Origin: Parcubacteria group bacterium Licking1014_17
Lineage (GTDB): Bacteria; Patescibacteriota; Minisyncoccia; 2-02-FULL-40-12; IGHO2-01-FULL-4-A
NCBI GenBank assembly: GCA_007376485.1
Contig: VMGJ01000001.1
Coordinates: 41,788 to 105,787 of the forward strand
Length of the DNA stretch: 64,000 bases
Direction: 5' to 3'
The position numbers and the translations under genes were made by a program. Below are positions 9,496-20,253 of this stretch, piece by piece; within the stretch, counting starts at the first letter, position 1, and each line of letters starts with the position of its first letter. Under the pieces are notes generated by a model. That model saw only the letters and a list, made by a program, of their open reading frames with translations. It was not told the DNA's origin and searched no databases.

Positions 9496-9632
9496 GCGCC
9501 GCATTATTGCTTTAGGGCACTATTTGAAACGCTGATTGCATGGTCCTGAGCTCGTCGAAGGAATCAGTGGTTCAACAGAATGAGCCCGCTCGCTGGGCGG
9601 GCGAATGGTGACATAAAGCAATAATGCGGCGC
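9496..9632 (+). ncRNA. candidate structured ncRNA (possibly SRP/4.5S-like); identity unconfirmed
   Basis: Perfect 19-bp closing stem 'GCGCCGCATTATTGCTTTA'(9496-9514)/'TAAAGCAATAATGCGGCGC'(9614-9632); internal hairpins 'CTGATT..AATCAG' and 'GCCCGC-TCGCTGG-GCGGGC'; internal 'GGTCC...GAAGGAATCAG' resembles SRP domain IV 'GGUCC..GGAAGGAAGCAG'. Confidence 0.3.
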
Positions 9633-9649
9633 TACAACAGAATTTTGTA

Positions 9650-10456
9650 ATGAGGACCTATACTAAAAAATTTCAGGACAGATTACGCCTTGAGAAGCGG
9701 CGGAGATCCGTTGTTAAGCCGATTATTTATACGCTTGTTGTTTTAGCCGTTCTCGCCGCCGGCATTTTTGTCCTTTTCTTTTCCGATTTATTTTACGTGA
9801 AAGAAATAAATATTTCCGGAGCCGAAAAAATCCAGGGGCTCAATGTCGCCCAGTTCGTCAATAGTTGGCTGGACTCGGGGTTTATCGGGATTAAGCGCCG
9901 GAGCAACTCAATCATTTTCGGGCAGGACATGCTCGCGCGCTCTCTGATGAACCAGTCGGCGAGAATTTCTTCCGTAGTCATAAAAAGAGAGTCGCCGCAC
10001 AAGCTTGACATAACCGTTACCGAGCGTTCGCCGGCGGGCATTTGGTGTTACGAAACGAGCGGCAGCTGCTACTATTTTGACACTAACGGCTACGCTTACA
10101 GCAAAATCGGGGCCACATCAGGACACGTGTTTCTTAAGGTCAACGATGAGGTCAAGCAGGATACTGAAATCGGACGTCCCGTTTCGGACAATTCTTTATT
10201 CCAACTGGTAAAAAAGGTCAGTGATTCTTTAGCGCAGGCGAAATTTGCCATTACGGAGTTTGTTATTCCTAAAGATAATTTAAACGAACTGGATTTCAGA
10301 ACTAATCTTGGTTTTCTGGTGAAAATAGACACGACAGAGGATATAGACAGGCAAATTTCAGCCCTTAATCTTTTATTAAGCGAAAAACCTTATCTTCTCA
10401 AGCATCTTCTTGAATACATAGACCTCCGAATCCCGAGCAGGATTTATTACAAATAA
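9650..10456 (+). CDS. ftsQ: cell division protein FtsQ/DivIB-like
   Basis: Basic cytoplasmic N-term, single TM, POTRA-like 'VKEINISG', beta domain, C-terminal 'YIDLRIPSRIYY' typical of FtsQ. Confidence 0.7.
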   Translation: MRTYTKKFQDRLRLEKRRRSVVKPIIYTLVVLAVLAAGIFVLFFSDLFYVKEINISGAEKIQGLNVAQFVNSWLDSGFIGIKRRSNSIIFGQDMLARSLMNQSARISSVVIKRESPHKLDITVTERSPAGIWCYETSGSCYYFDTNGYAYSKIGATSGHVFLKVNDEVKQDTEIGRPVSDNSLFQLVKKVSDSLAQAKFAITEFVIPKDNLNELDFRTNLGFLVKIDTTEDIDRQISALNLLLSEKPYLLKHLLEYIDLRIPSRIYYK

Positions 10457-10476
10457 TCCCTGGTTTGCCGGAGAAT

Positions 10477-10600
10477 ATGTCTTTTCGCAGATGCTCGGGC
10501 TTTCCAGCGAAGTCCTCGCTTATAGTTCGCCAGTTTTCTCCTGCCGGCACACCGGCGGTAGACCAAGCAAAACTGACTCGCTGTACTGCTCAAAGACATA
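10477..10600 (+). repeat. structured intergenic element family A, copy A2
   Basis: Same architecture as A1; apical hairpin replaced by 'CTGCCGG-CACA-CCGGCGG' (compensatory). Confidence 0.8.
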
Positions 10601-10641
10601 CTCCCTGGCAAAAAATTGTGGTGTTAATTATAAGTTTCCTT

Positions 10642-12447
10642 TTACTTTTCTATCCTGTACACAAAAATTGAGCCGCCGATATTTGCAACGGGTTTGTAGA
10701 TATCAAGCCATCTGTAATTCGGTTTGGAGGGATTTTTGTCGGTGCCGTAAGAACCGCGCAAAGATGTTGCCGAAACCGCCAGCCAGCCGTCCGACTGATT
10801 GTTTTTTATAAAATCGGCGACATCTTTATATTTCTTGGAATAGGTCCAGATATATCTGTCGCCGAGATAATAATGCGGGTCAGCCCAGCCGAAATAATCA
10901 AATTCAATTTTTTTGATATCCTGCCCTTTCACCCAGTCGCTGAATCTTATCAAATCCTGTCCCCAATCCAAGTTTGAATCAACCACATAATTGCTTGCCC
11001 CGTTAGAAACGGAGTTTTTTTCGGGGCTGGCGTTCGCCGTGCCGCTGATGAACTGGTTAAAATAACTTAAATAATTCGGGTAAGCGCGGAAATTTTCCAG
11101 CGCGTAAAAACCGATAATCACAAAAATGGCGGTAACGGTTATTTTACCCAAAGCGGCGCTCCTATTTTTTGCCGCGTTTATTATATTAACCATGGCTCCG
11201 GAAACCAGAATTATCGCCGCGCCGTAAATCGGCAAAAGATGGCGGATGCCGATATTCAGCCCGCCGATTACGCTTATGAAAATATAAACAGCCAGCCATA
11301 AACCGAGAGCCAATTCGTCAAAGTGATTTACGGCCCATGTTTTTTTATCTTTAGCCCAATCGCTTTTTATTGCCCGCGAAATAAACCAGACGATAGCAAC
11401 TACAACCAGAAACAGCCAGGCGATTGGTTCTTTTATCAAATAAACGAACGGGAAATAACCGCGCAGCGCCGTGCTGTAGACTTTGCCCAAGAAAAATATT
11501 GTGCCTCCTCCCCGCGCCGCCCGGTCCTCTGCCATCAAAACTCCGGCGCCATAATAAGCCAGCGCTCTCACGACCGGCACGCCCGAAAGCGTCTCTATTA
11601 TTTTTACAGGGACTTTGTTGGGATAAATCGCCAGAAATGTTTTTGTGTCCTGAATCTGCTTTTGAATAGGATAATTGAAAGTGTTTAAAAAATAAACCGG
11701 GGATACTATCAAAAATATTGCAATCAGAGTGATTTTTATGGTTCCGGAAATCGGGCGGCTTCCAGCGGTTTTTAGAAACACCGCGTAACCAACTATCGCC
11801 AGTATGAAAAAGTAGGGAACGAGAAGCACCGTGGAAAATTTTGTGAGCAGGGCAAAACCCAATCCGATACCTGCCCACCAGAGATTTTTTCCGGTCTGGT
11901 TTTTCAGGTATTTAATAAATAAATAAGAACTAACCAAAACGCCCGTCAACGCCGGCACGTCGGTAGTAACAAAATGGGCGTGCGAGAGAATCGTGGTTGA
12001 AAGGGAATACAAAACAACTGCGATAAACGAACCGAGCCGGCCGTATATTTTTTGAGTCCATACAAAAACAGCCGTGCCGCCAAGAATGAAAAATAACAGC
12101 ATTGGCAAACGGGCGACGAACCGGATTTTGTCGGCGTCATTGCCCGTAGTGTTGAATATGAGACTTCTGCCGAAATTCCACTCCCCATCCACGCCTTTCT
12201 GCCAGTCGGCAGAATCAAACGCGCCCTGCTTCAGCGGCAAAGCCAGCAAGGCGATTCCCGCCAGATCTTTCACCAAAGGCGGGTGTTCAGGATTCATTCT
12301 CATATCGGCTTTTTTGACGTAGGAATAGCCGGCGCCGATATGGGGAACCTCGTCAATAATAAGCGATTCGTGCCACGAGCTTGCATAACTTAAAACAGCG
12401 CCAAGAAGAATAACAGCCGCCGCCAGAAGAATTGCCGAACGTTTCAT
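10642..12447 (-). CDS. GT-C fold glycosyltransferase (ArnT/PMT family 39-like), polytopic membrane
   Basis: 601 aa, >10 TM helices in N-terminal part, first-loop 'IIDEVPH' acidic motif, C-terminal soluble domain; start overlaps stop of upstream paralog (TAATG). Confidence 0.6.
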   Translation of the reverse strand: MKRSAILLAAAVILLGAVLSYASSWHESLIIDEVPHIGAGYSYVKKADMRMNPEHPPLVKDLAGIALLALPLKQGAFDSADWQKGVDGEWNFGRSLIFNTTGNDADKIRFVARLPMLLFFILGGTAVFVWTQKIYGRLGSFIAVVLYSLSTTILSHAHFVTTDVPALTGVLVSSYLFIKYLKNQTGKNLWWAGIGLGFALLTKFSTVLLVPYFFILAIVGYAVFLKTAGSRPISGTIKITLIAIFLIVSPVYFLNTFNYPIQKQIQDTKTFLAIYPNKVPVKIIETLSGVPVVRALAYYGAGVLMAEDRAARGGGTIFFLGKVYSTALRGYFPFVYLIKEPIAWLFLVVVAIVWFISRAIKSDWAKDKKTWAVNHFDELALGLWLAVYIFISVIGGLNIGIRHLLPIYGAAIILVSGAMVNIINAAKNRSAALGKITVTAIFVIIGFYALENFRAYPNYLSYFNQFISGTANASPEKNSVSNGASNYVVDSNLDWGQDLIRFSDWVKGQDIKKIEFDYFGWADPHYYLGDRYIWTYSKKYKDVADFIKNNQSDGWLAVSATSLRGSYGTDKNPSKPNYRWLDIYKPVANIGGSIFVYRIEK

Positions 12448-14015
12448 TATTCAAGAGGTATCACAACCGCGTTCTTTGGTAAACTGTAGCCCGAATCTAT
12501 AAGTTTGGGAGTAACATAATAAATATTGCGCTGTTTTTGCTTTTCCAGCGTGAATGTATCAGTCAGAAACATTACCGTTTGAGCGGGCATCGGGATTCCG
12601 TTAACTTGGACCCCTCCAGCTTTGACTAAAACGTAAACCGGTTTTGAAAGCGATTGCAGATAAACCTTATCGGCAAGCTTCACGTAATTTTCATTGAAAG
12701 CCGCGGCGGTGTTCGGGTCTTTAGCCCATTTGTTGAAATATTTGTCGTATTCAACGACGGAGAAAGAGAAGAGCAGAATGCAAATCGCGATTGTGGCAAT
12801 GAAAGTATCTTCAGCCACAAAGCCCGGAATTTCTTTTTCGTGCTTCGGGTCCTGCTCGTGATAACGTTTCTCTATCAGCGTGAATATCCACCAAAGCGTT
12901 TCAGCAGCAAAAATACAGACGACCGGCGTGACGAGGATGGTTCTCAAGGCGTGGGGGATTCCTTCGTTGGAAAATATTCCCGGCAGGAGTCCGATTACCA
13001 GCCAGGATAAAAGCATCGCGTGCGCCGCCGAATGGTGGCCGTGGGCTTCTTTGGATTTTACCGTTTTAACAATGCTTCTGATGACGCCGATTAAGAAAAG
13101 TATCCCAACCGGCCAGATAAGCATCGCCGAGCCGGATAGATTATGGCGCCAGTTCAAGTCGCCTTTCGTGAAAAACATCGCGATTGTTTTTCCGGCATTG
13201 GCTATTATTTGCCACAGGGGATTATCGGCGCTAAAAACCGATACCTGTCCGGCGCGGTAGAATAACATGCCGGGATTATTCATAAAGTACCAAACCAAAG
13301 GCGCCGCGGCTAAAATGCCGAGTATAATGGTCAGTCCCAATCCGCGGAGAATGTAATTGCTGGCGTGCTTGCCTGCTCCGACGGCGACATGTTTTCTGAC
13401 GGTAGCCCAATACACCACTAAAGTTATTATAGCTATCAACGGAGCGACCCTGAAAGGCAGGTATGTCTGCAGCCCAAGTCCAAACAACAAACCGCTCGCC
13501 CCGAAGTCCCATAAACTTGCCCTCGCAAGCCCGAGCCAGAAGAAATACAAAGCCCAGACCAGAAACAGAGGGGCCAGAATGCCGGCAAAGGCGATGCGGG
13601 AAAATAAAACATGCCAGAAAGAAATCGCCAGCAAAAAACTTGCGAATGCCGCCGTCTGCCAATTGAATAATTGTTTGACCAGCAGATACAAACCAAGCAC
13701 CGTCAGCGTGCCGGCAAGCGCCGGTATCAATCTTAATACCCACGGCTTATTGCCAAACGCGTTTGTCGCTATCGAGAGCAGGTTAATATACAACCCCTCC
13801 CGTCCGTTATTGTCTTTGTAAAATACTTTGTAATTTCCGGTTTCGTATGCCTGAATGGCTTCGTTGCCGTTTATGGCTTCGTCCGGATAAAGTCCGGGCG
13901 GAGTAGCGGCTAAATTATTGAAGCGGAAAAACGCGGCGGTGAAAAGTATAAAAACCGCCACAATCAATTCTTTTTTCTTATGGTTCATAATCTGATAATA
14001 GTAGTAATGGGACAT
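12447..14015 (-). CDS. GT-C fold glycosyltransferase (ArnT/PMT family 39-like), polytopic membrane
   Basis: 522 aa, multi-TM, 'GLYPDEAINGNEA' resembling the ArnT/PMT DE loop motif; paralogous to downstream gene. Confidence 0.6.
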   Translation of the reverse strand: MSHYYYYQIMNHKKKELIVAVFILFTAAFFRFNNLAATPPGLYPDEAINGNEAIQAYETGNYKVFYKDNNGREGLYINLLSIATNAFGNKPWVLRLIPALAGTLTVLGLYLLVKQLFNWQTAAFASFLLAISFWHVLFSRIAFAGILAPLFLVWALYFFWLGLARASLWDFGASGLLFGLGLQTYLPFRVAPLIAIITLVVYWATVRKHVAVGAGKHASNYILRGLGLTIILGILAAAPLVWYFMNNPGMLFYRAGQVSVFSADNPLWQIIANAGKTIAMFFTKGDLNWRHNLSGSAMLIWPVGILFLIGVIRSIVKTVKSKEAHGHHSAAHAMLLSWLVIGLLPGIFSNEGIPHALRTILVTPVVCIFAAETLWWIFTLIEKRYHEQDPKHEKEIPGFVAEDTFIATIAICILLFSFSVVEYDKYFNKWAKDPNTAAAFNENYVKLADKVYLQSLSKPVYVLVKAGGVQVNGIPMPAQTVMFLTDTFTLEKQKQRNIYYVTPKLIDSGYSLPKNAVVIPLE

Positions 14016-14079
14016 ATACGGTCATCTTAGCACATTAATGTTCTATATTCTTGTTTTAATATCCACAAATCAGGGGATA

Positions 14080-14108
14080 TTGACACACATTGCCGCTCGT
14101 GTAAAATA
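14080..14108 (+). promoter_or_regulatory. sigma70-like promoter of groESL
   Basis: -35 'TTGACA'(14080-14085), 17-nt spacer, -10 'TAAAAT'(14103-14108). Confidence 0.55.
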
Positions 14109-14114
14109 TCCTCA

Positions 14115-14141
14115 TTGGCACTCTCATACTTTGTGTGCTAG
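14115..14141 (+). promoter_or_regulatory. CIRCE-like inverted repeat (HrcA operator-like)
   Basis: 'TTGGCACTC-N9-GTGTGCTAG' vs CIRCE consensus 'TTAGCACTC-N9-GAGTGCTAA' (15/18), immediately downstream of -10, upstream of groES. Confidence 0.45.
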
Positions 14142-14217
14142 CATGTTTTTGCACCCAGTTAAAAATCCGGCATCTTTGGGGTTGCGGGTTTTTTGACTTT
14201 GTGCTTTATTATTAACT

Positions 14218-14505
14218 ATGAAAATAAAACCATTATCCGACAGGGTTCTTATTGAACCCATAAAAGAAGAGAAGAAAAAAGGCGGGATAATTCTGCCCGA
14301 AACGGTGGAGAAAGAACGCCCGCAGGAAGGGAAAGTTATTGCCGTCGGACCGGGCAAGAAAGACGATAGCGGCAAACTAATGCCGATGAATGTCAAGAAG
14401 GGCGATAAAGTCCTCTTCACCAAATACGGACCAAATGAAATAAAGGTCGAGGACAAGGAATACTTGATTGCCCGCGAAGAGGATATTTTGGCGATTATTG
14501 AATAA
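14218..14505 (+). CDS. groES: co-chaperonin GroES
   Basis: 95 aa, '[26 protein letters not shown]' canonical Cpn10. Confidence 0.93.
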   Translation: MKIKPLSDRVLIEPIKEEKKKGGIILPETVEKERPQEGKVIAVGPGKKDDSGKLMPMNVKKGDKVLFTKYGPNEIKVEDKEYLIAREEDILAIIE

Positions 14506-14543
14506 TTTGGTATTAGTTAAAAATTCGTTGCAAAAACCACAGT

Positions 14544-16336
<1,793 letters not shown>

Positions 16337-16344
16337 TTAATTAT

Positions 16345-16495
16345 TATGCCTTTTCGGGACTAAATTTTCGCCAGCGACGAAAATTTATCTGATGAGATTG
16401 CCTCTGTTTGTCAAGATATTTACCCCGACTATAAGTCGGGGCTCAATCATTGACAAAACCGTGCCAGAGGCAATCTCAACAGCCCTCAAAAGCAC
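16345..16495 (+). repeat. structured intergenic element family B, copy B3
   Basis: Hairpin 'TAAATTTTCG-CCAGCGA-CGAAAATTTA'; stem 'GAGATTGCCTCTG'/'CAGAGGCAATCTC' (fully compensatory vs B1). Confidence 0.8.
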
Positions 16496-16600
16496 AATAA
16501 TCTTTTACATTTGACTTTTGGTTGGTTTTGTGATAGCATTATGAAAGCATCTTAAAACCTTTTATTCTTACATTCTTGTCTGACCCGAAAGGAGACGGTC

Positions 16601-16897
16601 ATGAAAAAGTTTCTTCTGATTGTATCAAATTTTCTTTTCCCTCCTGAACATCTGTGTGTTGATCTTCAGAAGGCCGGCATCGGCATCATTCGGTGGCCGG
16701 GAGAGACCGACCAAACCGGTGCCAGATTCAACGGCATCAACTGGGTAGAGGTAGCAAAAGCCCGCGAAGCGGGAAGCCGGACTGTCCAGGAAAAAATGGA
16801 CATCACCGTTTTGTCCCGCGAGGCGGTGAAACGGGGAAAAGAAAATATAAAACTGGCGGTAGTAGCTGTTGCCGCCAATAAAGGAAATAAGAAGTAA
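16601..16897 (+). CDS. hypothetical protein (98 aa)
   Basis: Promoter-like 'TTGACT..TAGCAT' and SD 'AGGAGA' upstream; followed by two hairpin terminators; no recognisable motif. Confidence 0.4.
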   Translation: MKKFLLIVSNFLFPPEHLCVDLQKAGIGIIRWPGETDQTGARFNGINWVEVAKAREAGSRTVQEKMDITVLSREAVKRGKENIKLAVVAVAANKGNKK

Positions 16898-16920
16898 ACA
16901 AAAAAGAGGAGAATGAAAGG

Positions 16921-16947
16921 GAAAGCCCAGTTTTACTGGGCTTTTAA
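16921..16947 (+). terminator. intrinsic terminator
   Basis: 'AAGCCCAGT-TTTA-CTGGGCTT' + 'TT'. Confidence 0.55.
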
Positions 16948-16960
16948 ATTTAAATAAAGA

Positions 16961-17001
16961 AAGCCCCTAACCTCTTGCGGAGATTGGGGGCTTTTTAAAA
17001 A
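16961..17001. terminator. bidirectional hairpin terminator between convergent genes
   Basis: 'AAAGCCCCTAACCTC-TTGCG-GAGATTGGGGGCTTTTT' flanked by A-run and T-run. Confidence 0.55.
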
Positions 17002-17019
17002 GAGCCGTGTTACCGTCAT

Positions 17020-17925
17020 TCACTTAATTTCCTCAAGGCTCGCAGGCCGTAAATTATTAATTGCCTGCTGGACTGCCTCAAAGACAACTTCAGAGAGGAG
17101 GGTGTTCTGGATGCCCTCTACTTTTTCCGTTCCCCATGGCATCCTGACTCTCTGGCAGGATTGGGCAACACCCGTTGCAAAACCACTGGAACCGAGAACC
17201 ACATTACCATTGGGGTCTTCAAACCACATATTGATAAAGAATGACACTAAATATTGACCTTTCTTCTTTTGGGCCCCACGCACGACATTAAAGATGTCGT
17301 TCCTTATTTTTTTGTTTTTGTAACGTGTTCCGACTATACTGTCGGCGAGAGCAGTGATTTCATTATTTCCACTGGCACTCTTCCCCTCATAACGACTTCC
17401 TGAAATTCCGATGCAACTTTTGAGGATAAACGCCGGGGACTGCTCGGAATTCGTGAGCCGGTATCCGCTACTGTTCCGGAAAGCTCTGCTTAACTCCCCT
17501 AGAACATAGAGCTGGAGAGGCATGACACCGCGACTATTGGACTGATTTCCTCTCCAATAGTTCATATTGTTAAAACCATAATTGTCGGAACCGCAACCCA
17601 TCTGGTTGAGCCAATGTCCGATGAATCCCGTATCTAAACCGAAATTACCCTGCGGAAATATGAATATGTCCCAGTCGCCGCGATATTTATCCACTAATTC
17701 CGGCAGGTAATTCCTCTCCGGCATTTCAACCCGGATTAATGATATCCCGGGTGCCCCAACTTTTTTCCAGGATTCTTTTTCCAGATCAATCTGGTTCAGT
17801 TTTTCAATGTTGTAATTAGGCGGAGTTGGTAGCTGTTTTGATTCTTTTTTTTTGCCCGCCGCCGCGGGCGGCAATAATAGCAAAGACAAGACAAGAAATA
17901 TCAATATCGTTTTCAGATATTTCAA
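17020..17925 (-). CDS. hypothetical secreted protein (signal peptide)
   Basis: 301 aa, N-terminal 'MKYLKTILIFLVLSLLLLPPAAAG' signal peptide; start overlaps upstream stop; no recognised domain. Confidence 0.6.
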   Translation of the reverse strand: MKYLKTILIFLVLSLLLLPPAAAGKKKESKQLPTPPNYNIEKLNQIDLEKESWKKVGAPGISLIRVEMPERNYLPELVDKYRGDWDIFIFPQGNFGLDTGFIGHWLNQMGCGSDNYGFNNMNYWRGNQSNSRGVMPLQLYVLGELSRAFRNSSGYRLTNSEQSPAFILKSCIGISGSRYEGKSASGNNEITALADSIVGTRYKNKKIRNDIFNVVRGAQKKKGQYLVSFFINMWFEDPNGNVVLGSSGFATGVAQSCQRVRMPWGTEKVEGIQNTLLSEVVFEAVQQAINNLRPASLEEIK

Positions 17926-19364
17926 TTTTGTTCTCCTCTAGCCATTTCGGCCGGTTGTTTACTGATAATGACAAAAAGCACGTCTTTGGTAAAACTCATT
18001 GTTGATCTGTCGGGCAGGTTAAGGTGAAATTCTAAAACAGCTACCAAATTTTCTGGAATACTGAATTCCGCTTCTCTTCCCAATGTAAAGGATTTTTCCG
18101 CCTGTACCCCGTTGACGTCGTAACGCAGCGTGCCTATCAGGGCTAAAAACCTCTCATCCGGCATTGGAAAAAGATTCATATCTCTTCTTCCGACATCTCT
18201 TGGTGTCCAATTCATCCCCTCGGGACCAACACAGATGTTTTTTGTTTCCAGCTCGTAAGAACAAACCTGCCCGATTGCCTTGACTGTGTATTCTCCCGGT
18301 TCCAGATTGACAATCCGCCACGAATATCTGAGACTCGGATCAAGATCAAGTTTAATCACTGCTGGCGTAATGGCACCGGAAACCACGGCGCGTCCAGTTT
18401 CTTCGGTTTGCTTTTCCGGAATGGGCGGCGGTATCGCATCAACCTTGGCTGACTCTATTTTTAATTTAACCCTTGTTCTTTCTTCCGCTTTCCTGTCTGC
18501 TTCTTTTCTGTCAATCTCGGCTTGCTTGCAGATTAGGTCTATCTCTACCTGCGTGTCGACAGGCTCGAGCCGTTTTCCAGTGGCCGGATGGAAGCCATCC
18601 TCTTCAAAAAGCCCGATTCTCCCGCTGGCATCTTTCCCGTAATACCAAACGTAAGTGACTGTGGGGTTGCCTTTATCGTCAGTGTCGGTTTTTGTCCAAG
18701 AAAATTTACCACAATCGCCAATTGATTCAAGCGAATATTCTTTAGGAACAAACAGCCTTTCTCTTTTGATTTCTTTAGCCTCTTGCATGTCGTGTCGCTG
18801 AACATTTTCTAATCTCGCGCCCAGTCTCTCTTGGTATCCGAACCTTACGATAAGAATGGTAATAACCAATCCAATACGAACTAAGTGAAATTGCCAGCCG
18901 ATTTTTTCAATCGGCAGCCACATTATCAGGGAGACAAGGATGCAACCGCCCAACATTAAAGTGGTAATGGCATGTCCCGCGAAATGCTCGGTTGAGAACC
19001 CGCTGGTGATTATCGCGAGAAGACAGAAAGAGGTTATCATCCACGCGACTATCCGCAACGCCGTCCCGAGAGCCGGAATTTCTTTTGTCAGGATGATGAG
19101 GACGGTAATCAGAGGAACAAAGGCAAAAAGCAGAACAGAAATCGCTCCTGTGGACAACGCGAGGAAAATCGCGTGAACCGACGAATTGCCCGTGAATGAA
19201 CCGATTGTCAGCCACCCAGCCATAAGCAGGATAAAGACTGCCATCGCGACGCCGAGAAATGCCAGCCATATTCGGATGCCCCTGAAAACGTGATCTCCTA
19301 ACCAGCAAAGTGCTTCCCAGGAAGTTCCTAATAGTTCACCGATAAAATCAACTATTTGATTCAT
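17922..19364 (-). CDS. hypothetical polytopic membrane protein with C-terminal soluble domain
   Basis: 480 aa, ~6-7 predicted TM helices in first 200 aa, charged coiled segment 'AEIDRKEADRKAEERTRVKLK', beta-rich C-terminus; start overlaps upstream stop. Confidence 0.6.
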   Translation of the reverse strand: MNQIVDFIGELLGTSWEALCWLGDHVFRGIRIWLAFLGVAMAVFILLMAGWLTIGSFTGNSSVHAIFLALSTGAISVLLFAFVPLITVLIILTKEIPALGTALRIVAWMITSFCLLAIITSGFSTEHFAGHAITTLMLGGCILVSLIMWLPIEKIGWQFHLVRIGLVITILIVRFGYQERLGARLENVQRHDMQEAKEIKRERLFVPKEYSLESIGDCGKFSWTKTDTDDKGNPTVTYVWYYGKDASGRIGLFEEDGFHPATGKRLEPVDTQVEIDLICKQAEIDRKEADRKAEERTRVKLKIESAKVDAIPPPIPEKQTEETGRAVVSGAITPAVIKLDLDPSLRYSWRIVNLEPGEYTVKAIGQVCSYELETKNICVGPEGMNWTPRDVGRRDMNLFPMPDERFLALIGTLRYDVNGVQAEKSFTLGREAEFSIPENLVAVLEFHLNLPDRSTMSFTKDVLFVIISKQPAEMARGEQN

Positions 19365-20029
19365 TTCTTGCCTCTGTGCCAGCGAGCCTGATCAGCCTTC
19401 CTTTTTTCTTGAATGGCTTTTTTCGTCTCGCGGAGTTTAGCGGTTAAAGATTCAAGAGAATCCGATTTGTCCTTAATTTCTTTCTCTTTTGAGTAAAGGC
19501 AGAGAAGGATTTCCTGACTTTTTTTGTCCGCCTTTAGAAATTTTTTGATTTCTTCTGGCGATAATTCGGAAAGTTTTTGAAATACATGATTTCGTTCTTT
19601 CTCGCTTCTTCCCTCGAGTAATATGGCCAGGTGACCAGTAAATGCGATAAAATCTTCTTCCTCCAACTTAACAGCTGTTTTTAGAAGATTTTTTACCGGC
19701 TCACCCTGCTCAAGGGCAACAATATCACCAATACTTTCCTTTATACCATTGACAAACCCGGTTCTTTTTAATGCCTCAGCGGGAACATCATCCACAATTT
19801 CTTTGAAGAATTTTCCAAGCGCCGAATTTTCCGGGATATTTTTACTGACGATGGCGCCAGTCAATACCAAGGCAGCGCCAATAATTCCCTTCTGGATTTT
19901 AGGCAAATCCCGGAGTCCCTTCAGAGGACCCTCAAAAAGCTTGTCATACTGCCCCTCAAGCAGGGCCTTACCCAAAGTTGAGCTGCCCATAGAAAACACA
20001 TCACTCAATCCCGGAAATTTGATACCCAT
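19361..20029 (-). CDS. hypothetical protein, first gene of 3-gene operon
   Basis: 222 aa, one hydrophobic segment 'GIIGAALVLTGAIV', lysine/glutamate-rich C-terminus; no recognised motif. Confidence 0.55.
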   Translation of the reverse strand: MGIKFPGLSDVFSMGSSTLGKALLEGQYDKLFEGPLKGLRDLPKIQKGIIGAALVLTGAIVSKNIPENSALGKFFKEIVDDVPAEALKRTGFVNGIKESIGDIVALEQGEPVKNLLKTAVKLEEEDFIAFTGHLAILLEGRSEKERNHVFQKLSELSPEEIKKFLKADKKSQEILLCLYSKEKEIKDKSDSLESLTAKLRETKKAIQEKRKADQARWHRGKK

Positions 20030-20253
20030 TATGACCTCCGATTTTGAATAGGTTAAACACGTTTTAGATTAGCATCTATTTATCGCTGTTGTTTAAATTG
20101 TCAAAGAACAATTCCGTTATACGATATTATGGGGTTTTAGTAAATAACATGAACTAGGTAAAGCCCTCGCCATTCTTCGGCAGCGGGTTATTTTTGTCTT
20201 GTTTATAACTGATTATTGTATTGTTTGCCGGCCGTGTTACGATACAGATAACA

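Noticed and set aside
10465-10811. ORFs 10465..10671 and 10491..10811 ('MLGLSSEVLAYSSPVF..')
   Set aside because: They lie inside family A repeat copy A2. The same pseudo-peptide recurs wherever the repeat occurs (57476..57748 and the 60357 start), and stem covariation shows selection on structure rather than coding.
12654-13821. Plus-strand ORFs 12654..13010, 12880..13260, 13357..13821 overlapping the minus-strand glycosyltransferase
   Set aside because: They are antisense to a well-supported membrane-protein gene, with low-complexity Arg/Pro-rich translations.
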